Below the pieces are notes generated by a model. That model saw only the letters and a program-made list of their open reading frames with translations. It had not been told where the DNA came from and did not search any database. From Monocercomonoides exilis PA203 (lineage: Eukaryota > Protista > Preaxostyla), in contig LSRY02000026.1 of the NCBI GenBank assembly GCA_001643675.2, positions 1,178,001-1,242,000 on the forward strand: a stretch of DNA of 64,000 nt, read 5' to 3'. Position numbers and translations under genes: made by a program. Positions 24,600 through 35,779 of this stretch are shown here, one piece after another. Positions within the stretch are counted from its first letter, which is position 1, and the number at the start of each line of letters is the position of its first letter.

Positions 24600-27500
24600 G
24601 CTTCTTCAGCATGATGTACTCCTTCTTCATCACCATTTTTTTCGACCAGCTCAGAGGTGAACAACTGTGTGTATGTCGACAGCTGCTTGTTCACCTGCAA
24701 CTGATCAGCCTGTCCCGAATAACATCTTTGACTGCAGCAACATCATCTTCTATGATGCCTGTGAGCTTAACATTGCCTCGCTTTGACAAAGCGAGTACGT
24801 TCATTCTGGCACTTCCACGTGGCTTCCCAACCGCGGATAAGCTCTTCGAAGCATTACCTTTTAAATCCTTTCCCTGCTGTTTGTTGCTGTGCTAAAGGAC
24901 ACCCATGAAAAAGAAGCAGCAGATGGAATGACTCAGATAAATAACAATTGATTATTTCTCCTTTTTAGCGTTCTTTTACTGCTCGTTGAAGTCATCTCTT
25001 CCAGCTTTTCTCCTTTTCCATATTATCCTTTTTTCTTTTTAAATCTCTTCAATTTTTTTTATCCGATTTCCATTCATAATATTCTGTCTTCAATAAATAA
25101 ATCTTTCTCTTTATCTTCATTCTCTTCGTTCACTAATCATTTTCTTTAAATTTTTTGACCAATTTGATTTCTTCATAAATTCCATTCTTTTTTATTACCG
25201 TTATTATCACTTATGAAGATGCAAAAAATGAAGAAATTCGATCAGAAGAAGAAGATGATGATGATGACTACGATGATGAATCAGATGGTAGCTGTGACAA
25301 AAGCAGAGCAAGGAGGATAGTTGCAGGTGAAGATGAAAGAGCATCCTTTAACAAATGAGAAAGAATTCGAGAAAGTTGACTTCGCATCGTCGAATTATTA
25401 GGAACTGTTCCAGATGGCTGGGAGAAAAGAAAGAGAAGGAGATGTTCGTTGATAACGCTGAAGTGAAAGAGAATGAGTCGAAGGAAAAGGGAGGGAAACT
25501 GAGTATGGAGAATTTTTTGATGTGAATGACGGAGAAGAGGAAGAAGGAGAGGGAGAATTCGAAAGAGAAGAGAAAAGTGACTGAGAGGAGGTGATGCTTG
25601 TCATCAGCTGATGTGGAAGAATAACTGAGAATTAGTCTATCTTTATCTGATAGGAAAGTGCTCCTCCTTTTCCACTTGCTGTTCCTGACGCATTTATCGC
25701 ATTGCCAACAGAAGTTGTATTAGCTCCATCAACAGCAGCGTTTGAAGATCCATTCATGTTTTGTGAATTTGCTGAAACATTCAATACCAATGAAGTCGAC
25801 TGAGGCTCAGATGTTTGCTGAACGGAAGCAAAAGCGGAAGGTGTGGCTTGTTGTGTGAATGAAGCACCAACAGCCTTCAATCGCTGGATGAGAGAAGCAG
25901 AAATAGACATCGAAGGAGAAGAGGAAGGTTTCTGGTCATAGTGTGTCTCGAAAAAAGCTGATATTTTGTGAGGCAAGTCCTTCTTCACCATCAGCAAGAG
26001 AGTAGCGGTGACGATAGCATTGAGCGCAGTGCGTGTTGCTAGCAGACGAAGCAGCAGGCGATTGGACGATGCAGCAGAAGGTCCGAGGGGCTGCGTGGAG
26101 AATGAGATGATGGAAGGTGTTGTGCTGAAGGATAGCATGGAAGAGAAATGGAAATAGAAGTGACACAGGAGCTGAATAGAGAAGGGATGGAGAACACGAA
26201 AGATGAAGTGAAAGATGCTGAAAGCAGCTTTGAAGGCAGAGTGCGGACGATTGAAATGAGTGGATGAGAAAGATGGAGAGGACACACGTTGACAAGAAGC
26301 GCTCATGAAAACTCGAGAGAAGAAGGCAGAATCGAATGCTGCTCCCCTTTCTGTGGATACTCAATGCACAGCGGAACAACCTGAAAAGATGGATTTGTCA
26401 GTTCGAGCAGAGTTTCTCCGATGGATGGGACATATGTCATTCATTGAGGAGGAACTAAAATTGTATTTTCTGAGGCAGACAGCAGAAGTCGTTGGTCTTC
26501 GAAAAAGGCAGACGAAGGAAGCAAAAGTGGGTCAAGCAGAATATTCGCATTGATTGCATATGACTGTCCTTCCATTGCATACAAAGAGAAGTTATTTTCA
26601 TCATTCTTTCAATTGATCTTGTTCTGCGCATCAGGAACAGTGCTGTAGATTCCCCTCTCTTCGCATAACAGCTCAGCTGTGTCTCTTGCATCGTCTCCTC
26701 CTTCCACAGCTGGCATTACTTCTTTTCTCCACACATTCATCTCTTTTCTCATGTTCTCCACCAGTTGTGCATCTCTCACAGTATCTTCTCCTCCCAAGCT
26801 GAACAGCCTCGTTCCACACAGCAGATTCAGAAACTTGTTCGCATCATTCGCCAATATTCCCCCTGTTGCCCCAGCATAAGATGATGGAATCGTAATGGGC
26901 TTTGGAAGCTGAGGTGACCCGAGCTGGTTGAAAAGATGGGATAACGCCTTTCCGAGATAGTGAAGCAAAGCAGCGACCTCTTTTTGCCCAATCTGCTGCA
27001 TCAACCGCACAAACAGCGTCTCCAGCCCTGTCTTCAGACTGCCTTTCCTCACAAACACAGAAGCATTCCCAAAGTCATCTGCTCCTCATCCTCCTCCTTC
27101 TGGGATTGACATTTGCATAGCCTGTCTGGATTGACAAACTCGCTAATAAACAAGCCGTAGCAAATTCGTTCGCCGCAGCTGTTCTGAGGCATGTCTGCGT
27201 TGATCTGTCGAGTGCTGCTCTGATTGCAGACAAGGCAAGATGCCTTCGTGACACAGAAACAGCCGCCAAGCTGTGGTTGCTGTGTCTTCTGTGCGGGTTC
27301 TGCGGGGCTTCTCTGCTGCCGTCTGAGCCAATTGCGTTCTCGTCTTCCTCTTTCTCTCCATTTTTCTTTGTGGACTTGGCTGAAGGAAAAGAAATCTGCA
27401 GAGGGATCGGACTGAGCTCTCCGCTGGAGATGGTTGAGGTGGGTGAGAAAACAAAACGCGACTTCTTCTGATTGCTCTTTTGGGATATCGATGAAAGCAT

Positions 27501-29630
27501 CTTTCGCTGCTTGGGAGTGAAGCGCAGGGCAGGGCGTGAAGTTAAGTCTTCTTCTCTTTCTGTTGTCTTTTATGTTTCATCGGCATTTGAGGCTTCAGCA
27601 GATCATGTAAAACCCAAATTATCTTCATCATTACTATCGTCACTACAATCGCTTTCTTCACTATCTTTGTCTTCGCTGTCTTCTTTTGCTTCTTCAGTGT
27701 CAGCTGCACCTTCTCCGCTTGTTCTCTCTCTCCCCTCATCATTTCGAATCAAACATAACATGCTCTTCTCTTTCTCTCTCGATCAGATCTTTCTTTTTTG
27801 CTTCTTTGCCTTGCTTTCATCTTCCTGAACGAGATTTGCATAAAGTCTAAAATCGGTTGATTTGATTGTTGGAATGATCCTTCCATGTGTCTGCTTCAGT
27901 GTGTTCTCCTTCAGCTTCGTAACTGCCTCCTTCTTCCACCTCTCCTTCATCTCAGCTGCGTTAAATTTTGTTTCTTCTCAGCTGTTTTCTTTCATTTTTG
28001 CCGAGTTGCATGTGTTCGAGGTGTCATATTCATAAACAGATCTGCTCTTTTCCAGTGTCTGCCGAATGGACCGTGTGCTTGTCAAAGATATCTTTGCACT
28101 TAGTATCCTGTCCAACTCCACGTCTTCTTCTTCTCCTCTTCCTCATCATCATCCACTTCCTTGTCATATTCATTCCCATCAGTGTTTCATTCACTTCTTC
28201 CACTTGTCTCACTCATGTCAGACTCAGAAGAGTCAAATGTGATGCTGCCTTCTGCCACACGTAGCAGCTCCAGCTCTCTCGAAAGCAGCTCACTCAGGAC
28301 AGCTTATGAACGCATCATCGGACTTATCTTTGATCGGAATGCTTTTCCTTTCCCTTTTTCTTCCGTTTAACACCCTCTTTCACTCTCCTCTTTTCACCTT
28401 TTTGCCTGCCACACTCCAATTCAACTGATGGAAACTCATCAAACACAGAAATAATTTTTTCCTTATCTTTCTCCTTTCTCCTTTCTCCTCTTCTTTCACT
28501 TTCTCTTTGTTTCCAAGCTTCCTCTAACTCTCCAATGCCACAGTAGCTTTCTCCAAACACCTCGCATTCTGCGCTGTCGCATTTGCATTTGTTCATCCTT
28601 CGCTCTTCTTCCCCTGCTGATTCAACCTCATTGCAGTCATCATTCGCTTCCTCTTCATCTTCGGCGGCCTTCCGTGTGGAATATTCAGCGGCACTTGCTA
28701 CATCCCCACACGTAATAGCTTCTTCTTCTTGCTGTTATTATTGTTATTGCTGTTATTATTGCTGCTTCCACCCATCTTGTTTGTCAGCCCTAGCACATCT
28801 GATTTGAACTCTGTTGGAGCAATTCTTGAGCCTTTGTGTGTCTTCATACGAACTGTCCGCTTGAAGGCAGCAAGCGCTTTTCTGCCTCTGCTTCGTTTGA
28901 GTGCTCTTCCGAATGCAGTTGTTGGCACAATCAGCAGTCAACAGAAGAAGAAGAGGATGATGAAGAGGAACTCTTGGTTTGATCACTTGAAATCGGGAAA
29001 GAGGCAGCTGGAAAGCCAGCATTTGACGATGCGGAGGTGGAAGAAGCAGCAGAAGCAGAAATTGTATTATTCTGTAGCAAATTTGCAGCTTTGAGCAACT
29101 TCGATGTGCGTGTTGTTGTTCTTGCCCTGCGCGAAAGTTTGATTTGAGGCGAGAATTTATTCGGCGCGTGTGTCGAGGCAGCTGTTCTGACTGATTTTCC
29201 AGGCGATTCTGTTTTGATTGCCACAGAAGAAGAGGAAGAAGACAGAAGATTGAGTGAATTTGAGCTTCCTTCTTCCACTTTTGTGTTGGTAAGCTGTTCT
29301 TCACTGGCTTTGTTAAGATCATTTAGTGAGTTGTTTCCATAGTTATTTTCATTCCTATTTTATTTCCCTCTTTCTTCTCTTGCCTTTCTCGCTGTCAGAA
29401 TGGATAAAATAAAATAACTGGCATAGCATTAACAATAAACAGCTCTCCGAAAAGACGAATATTAATTCAAGCATTTCATGATGCAAATGAAGTCTGTTAC
29501 CTTTCTCATCCTCATTCCCATCACCATTCTCGTATTCAGATTCAGATTCAGAGAGAATCTCCTCTGTTCTTCGCATTCCGCTGTTTCTTCTCATTTCTTT
29601 GCCACTAAAACACCAAGCAGCAAGGCGCAT
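24600..29630 (-). pseudogene. Frameshifted remnants of a large unidentified host gene (cargo)
   Basis: Successive minus-strand coding-like ORFs in shifting frames (25632-26306, 26609-27058, 27075-27500, 28698-28928, 28931-29278). Confidence 0.45.
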
Positions 29631-30916
29631 TCTTCAAGTGAAAAGAGATGTGAAATAAAAAAATTTCCCTTCTTTCCAAGCATTACAAAAAGAGCCGAAG
29701 ATAAAAGATTTCAAAAAATATATAATAAAGTTAATTTTAAATAAAATGCCTTTTAGGACGAATAACGTTAAACCTGTTTCAACACATTTAGAAACGTGAA
29801 ACAGCAGAATCAAATTCCGGCTTCAATTGGGGAAGAGCGAAAAAAATGTCGAGTGAGAAAATAGAAAGAAATATTCAAAATATATAATAGAATCATTAGC
29901 AAGTCGTGCAAAAAACGAAAATAAAGAATCAAAACAAAATTTCAAACCTTTTTCTTCGTCGAAATCCCATATCAAATTTCTATTTTTTCATTGATCTGCA
30001 ATTTGCAGAAATGCTTATTTGATACATCAAGATAATACCTATATAATGTTGAAGTGTTTCATTAGGTTAATAACGATTTCTGCAAATTTCCACGTTATAA
30101 AAAAGTTTTCATGATCATTGAGATCATTTTTTATCAAAAAGTTTTTTGTTGATCTGTTAGAAAAAATTCATGATGATTTTTTTTTTGAGTTTATTGGTTT
30201 TCAATATATGACATTGCAATATGGAAGATATAAAATTAATTTCTAGCAGAAAAATGTTAGTATATTCGAATTTGAGTTTTTTTTGAAATGGAAAAAATAT
30301 CAGAGAAATGAAAAAAAAATACGTTAAAAAATAACAATTGTTCAACAATCAAAATGACATAAAAAACAAAAAGTACTTCATGATGTTAATCATTAAAAAA
30401 ATAGAAAACGATCAGAATATTTCTAATCAGATTCAATTACATTCAAAAAAACATAATTCTATCACATAATCATAAAAACAATCACCAAATATCAACTAAA
30501 TATCAACAATTTTGAACAATGAAAAATATAAGAAGAAATAGCACTATTTCAACAAATTCGTGGTATCAAAGACAATTCCAAACAAAAAAGAAAACTCATA
30601 CAAAAAGTTCAAAAACTTACTTGTCTATTTTCCCTCTGTTTTCCATCCACTCTCCCCTTTCTGATATTTCTCTCACTTTGACTCAAAAAGATCAAATCCA
30701 ACAAAGAAAAAAGACAGACACAATGATAAAACAACATTTCACACTCTCGTCAACTCTCCCTTCCAAAAACCTCACCCAAAGATCAATGAATTCCCTCATA
30801 ACTCTCTCTATTAATGTATCTCTATTTAGACATATATAAATTAATTTCGGGACAATAACCAATTCAATAATAGGGACATTATAGGGACAAAAACCACAAG
30901 AAAACAATCGGATTCT

Positions 30917-31054
30917 AACTATTGTGCACCTGGGAGGCTGTTCGTCGTATCCAGGTCCGGATAAAGCAGCCCAAAGGCTGCAATATCTAATACGAACAGT
31001 CATGTCCAGCACCCTTCCGATAGAGTGCCAGCTAAGCATACACAACAACTAGTT
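30917..31054 (-). ncRNA. Candidate structured RNA element directly 3' of the transposase stop codon
   Basis: Nested stems: 30917-30929 with 31038-31054; 30938-30945 with 30992-30999 (8/8); hairpins 30948-30963, 30966-30981 and 31009-31028; GC-rich island in AT-rich flank. Confidence 0.55.
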
Positions 31055-31056
31055 TC

Positions 31057-34000
31057 TTAATAGGGGACACCAAAAGAACAATTTTGAGATTCATTAAAAG
31101 AAGAAGAGTCAAGAAGAAGCTCAAATCTCCTTGAAAGAAGATCTTGAGAAGATTGAGAAAGAAGAGAAGAGTTAGATGATGTGATATCAGAGTGAAATGA
31201 CTTTCTTGAACATTGAACTTTTTCTTTCATTGTCGAAGATTCGAGGGCAACCAGAGAGCGTTGAGGAAGATATCCAACAGCTGAAGCGCAGACAAATGAG
31301 CCCTTGCGCTCAAAGAATAAGTAGTCCTTCATGTGGGGAACTGACAATGACGGCCATGAGATTTGTTGAGACGGTACATATTCTTCAAAGTACCTCTCAT
31401 GCTCAAAACTATTGACAGATGTTGAAGATGGTGAAAAGTTTGATGATGATGTTGAGAAAATGTTTGATTGTGAAGTTGAAGAAGCTGATGTCGAAGAATT
31501 CATATTGTTTTCGAAGAAGTTGATCAAATCATGAAGTGTGGTGATGTGTTCTGTTGAAAGATTGTTGTCGATTGCATTTACTAACGCACCAAATTCACTA
31601 TCACAGATATTTTTTCCATGGTGCTCAGCGAAGAAGTTGAGTTGAGTGTTTTTCTTTTTGAGAAGTTTGGATTGTTTGGAGAGGATGAAGTGAAGAAGGA
31701 AGCGATTTCGGTTATGAGGACCCGAATCGCAGAAGAACTTAAAAGTGTGAGTGTCTGTGAAGAAGTGTCTTTTGATCACAGATTCCAGACACTCAATAAC
31801 AAATCTGTGATCATTTGAGAGACAGTCGGAGAAGAAGTTGAAAGTTCGTTTGACAAGTTGATTATTGATTTTTTGAAGAGAGATGATTGTGAATTGAGAA
31901 ACTTGTTGATAGTTGAAGAATTCCTGTTGAAGTTGGTTCTTTCTGATCGGGAGTTTCCACTTCTCTTTGAAGTCGAAGACGAAGACTGCTTCTCCCTCTT
32001 TCAGATTGTCGACAGTCGATTGATAATGTTTTCGTTGCATTTCTGCAACTAGTCGATGCTGACGAAGAAGTTTGAGTGTATGAAACTCTGCTTCAGACAG
32101 TCCATTTTTGTTTTGAGATGACTTTAATTTGTTCTCAAGATAGTTCAACTTCTCACACATGCCGCAGAGATCAGTTCGCTTTTTCGCTTTGGAGAAGTTG
32201 GTGGTGAGTTTGTAGAAATGTGACAGAGAAACTTTGATGTTTGTTTCTTCTGTGAACTCACTCCACAGTTTCGTTTTGGGCTTGAAGATTAATCTCTTTT
32301 CATTGGGAGAAAAGATGCCCGTTTTCTTTCTTCTTTCTTTTAGTGCTTCCAATCCATATGAAGATGTGATTGATGAAGAGAGCGGAGGAATGGAAGTTGA
32401 ACGATGAGGAGGTGTGATGAATGTCGATGATGATGATGATGATGATGATGATGACATTGATGATGATGATGACATTGATGATGATGAACCGCCAAATTGA
32501 ATAGAAGAAAACGTTGGTTTTATTTTTTCTTTTGTGTAGAATGAAAGGGAAGAAGTGTAACCTTGAATGTGAAGATTATTCCATGATGAATTCCAACAAT
32601 CACTCTCCAATTCAGTCACATCAGCATCATTGCAAATGCACCATTTAATTCCATTTCCGCTCTTTCTTTTCACAACTGCTATATAATGCCCGTTTTGTTG
32701 ATCCATTCGCTTATGGAGTATCTGCCCAATAAGATGATATATGATGATTTCCTTATTGCTCTCTTGAAGATGTTGAATGTTTTCTTCTGAATACCCTTTG
32801 CAGAACGAACGCTGGTTTGCACGATCAGTTTCAATCAGAAGCGTTCTCGAAGGTGCAGAACTAGCAGAATCAGTGCATTCATGACAGAGGGCTAGCACCT
32901 CTGGAAATGCAGCCATTTCCTCCCATCGAGCAGCACAGCATTTCTCTTTGCATTCATCGCAATAAACATTGTTCTTTTCATCCAAAATTTCTGTTGCAAA
33001 AAGTGAAGATAAACCTTTGTGAGGAGATGATGTGTTGATGACAATATTGCAACAAGATTCATTAAAATGATTTGAAACTTTTTGACATTTTTGACATTTG
33101 AAATGTGTAATGAGCACTGGATTGAAGGTATCCATTTCAAATATCTTATTATCTTGAAGAAGTTGATGAAGATTTTCAACCGCCTCAGTAACATTCTGTT
33201 GCTGTCTGCTGCTGTATCCGCAAAATGTTTCCCATTTGTTGATCAGTGATGGGACCCACGAACGCACTGATGAAAAATCTTTGGCAAGTTGCTGACAAAC
33301 ACTCAAAACACGAGAAGACATAGTTTTTATTGCTGTTTGCTTTTTAAATAAGAATGGTTTTTGAGAGGTTATCGAAGAGAAGCATTGAAGAAGAGATGCA
33401 AGATAGCATGTGTTTCCTAAATTGATTAATCCTTTTTTTGATGTTGATGAAAAAGAATTTGATGATATTCTTTTTGAAGAGGTTGTTGAAGAAGGAGAAG
33501 AATTTGAATGAGGAAAATCTGTTTGATTGTTATTCATCGTGATCTGCGCAGTATTTTCATGATGCGAAATAACATTCTCATCGGCTTGTGTGTTATGTTG
33601 AGACGAATAAATGTTGTTCTCTTTTGAAAATGATGAAAGAAGATTTTGAAATGCTTGTGGAGGAATAAGAGTCGGTGAAGTGGCATATTCAATTAATTGA
33701 TCACTAACACACACATTATCGCTGAAAAAGGAAGTTGAAGATTCTTCAATAGAAAAAGAATTTTTATTTTCTTTTTGTTTCTTTTTGAAAGATGTGGAGG
33801 ATGAGGAAGAAGAGGAAGAAGAGGAAGAAGAGGAAGAAGAGGAGGAAGAGGAAGAAGAGGAAGATGGGGAAGTGGATGAGGATTGTTTTGTATCGAAAAA
33901 TTTGTGAATTGGAATCGGTGAAGGAGACGAATGACGTTTATGCTGTGATTTATTTATTTTTCTTTTTGTTGAACCCCTTTCTCTCCTAAATGGAGTACTG

Positions 34001-34844
34001 ATTGGAGCATCAACAGCTTGAGAAGGAGAAGTATTTGAAGAAGGAGAATTGTTTTCTGAAACGATATTTGATTTTTTATTTTGTTGAGATGATGTTGAAG
34101 AAGAAGAAGATTGTTTTTTGATTGAAGAAGAATTTTCCGTTATTATTTCATCTTCCCACGCTGCTTCATCAATAAATCTTGTGTAATCTGGCTCCGCTCG
34201 CTGCTTTTTCTTTGCCGATTGGAGAGAAGTGGAGGCTTCGGTGGAATGGGCCAACATCCAGTTGTTTCCCTTTTCCCAATCCTGTTCATTTAAACCTAAA
34301 TAAACAGAGAAAATTATTCAAAAAAATAAATATACAAATACAAACCACTTTTGCAAGACGGAAGATGAGGTTTCTGAGGCGGGATGATAAAGCCTTGGTT
34401 TTTCTTCAGCGTTTGTTTTGCGTAAATAAATTTGCCTTCTGTGACATCATATCCATATTCCAGCAAATCGGATAATGATGTGTTGAGTGACAGCGCTTGC
34501 AGCATTGTTGTCTGAGTGTGCAACGGAGCGTTGTTGTACACCACAGACAGATCTTCCAGCAACTTAATGTGATATTCTGTTTCAAAAAAAATAAATAAAA
34601 AACGAATATTAATGAAAAAAATAATCGAGAGTCAAAATGACATTTTTAAACACAATACAAAAATATTAAGAACCAAACCATTCAAAGACTTCAATAAATC
34701 GTTAATAACAGAAGATGATTGCCTATAGTTGTAAAAGAGATATACGAGCAATGAATCAACTTCATCTCCACCGATGCGTTCAATTTATTTCTAAAAAATT
34801 TTTGATCGTGAATTAAGAGTTGATTGAGGTTTTGAAAAAGACAT
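31057..34844 (-). CDS. Sola2-like DDD transposase with an embedded USP/C19 deubiquitinase domain; predicted exons 34844-34679, 34576-34346, 34295-31057 (exon 1 has two in-frame stops)
   Basis: USP Cys box GLINLGNTCYLASLLQ, QQQNVTE, two CxxC pairs, His box HKRMDQQNGHYIAVVK..WCICNDADV; then RTDLCGMC, VFDFKEK, FCDSGPHNRN, FFAEHHGKNICDSEFG; two GTTTG..AG introns keep the frame. Confidence 0.85.
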
Positions 34845-35779
34845 TTTTATTTTGAAAGTGTTTTAAAAATGGTTTGATGATATTAGAGAATCATATGCTG
34901 TTGTTAGAATTTATAATACTTTTTTTTTTATTTTTTTTATGTTTTTTTGGCTTTGTGTTTATTCAAAAAAAAATTGACGAATAAAATACTCAAAGAGCTT
35001 CTAAAAATGAATTTTTATTATTCAAAATTATCCTTCTGAAAATTTCCAAAAGTTCAAAACTGACATGAATTTTATCTCCTTTTCCACATTATCAGAAAAA
35101 AATACACTTCAAACAATAAAATACTAATTCTTCCAAAAAAAAATGATAAAAAATATTTTATATTAAAAATTCGCATCTCTATCACAATTTAAATATTATT
35201 TCAAATGAACAATTTATATGTGAATATTAAATGACACAACAAAAGAAAAAATCGAAATTTAAAAAGCAGCAACATTAAAATTAATGATAAATTCTTTCTA
35301 ACAGTTCTTTTTTCAATGGTGTCAAATAATGAACAACGAAAATTTATATCATCCATTGAAATCAAAAAACTAATAATATTTATTAAAAAATGTTTGAAAA
35401 AAAATTCATTCTAAAAATTGTTCAATTTGATCTTTTCGATCAATCAAAGATTTTTATTACTTGGAAATTTGCAGAAATCGTTTTAATGCTTATTAATCAC
35501 TTCTTTGTTACATTTTTACCATTAACAATCAAAAAATAATCATTTCTGCAAATTGCAGATCAACGAAAAATTTGAAATTTGAAATGGGTTTATGGCCAGC
35601 AAAATAAAATTTGATTATCTTATGAAAAACTTCTTTTTTTGGAAAAATCAATTTATGCATTACTCTATAATTAATTTAATTTTTCTTAATCTGTAAGATT
35701 CTACAAAAGATACACCCAATTCACTTCTCTGCCATTAAACATAAATGATGCTGTTATCTCCTTCGCAGATACTCGTTAG

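Larger units (their letters stand above)
29829..35717 (-). mobile_element. Putative autonomous-type Sola2-like DNA transposon (5.9 kb) encoding a USP-transposase fusion; outer ends tentative
   Basis: Long imperfect inverted repeats, clear core about 29966-30240 vs 35335-35588 (e.g. TTGATCTGCAATTTGCAGAAATG and AACGATTTCTGCAAATTTCCA); candidate termini AATT|GGG at 29829 and CCC|AATT at 35717 lie at similar distances from the core. Confidence 0.7.

Noticed and set aside
30951-30978. Plus-strand CCAGGTCCGGATAAAGCAGCC resembles the bacterial SRP RNA helix-8 motif (CAGGUCCGGAAGGAAGCAGCC)
   Set aside because: The UCC-GGAA-GGA tetraloop hairpin cannot form, and the surrounding pairing favours a different fold on the other strand
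30692-31048. 118-aa minus-strand ORF right after the transposase
   Set aside because: No recognisable motif; it overlaps the structured element and AT-rich flank, so it is probably incidental
29966-35588. Treating CCCAT..ATGGG as the true termini (piggyBac/CACTA-like)
   Set aside because: No matching TSD there (AAAT vs TTTA), weak similarity continues outward, and the protein is not piggyBac- or CACTA-like
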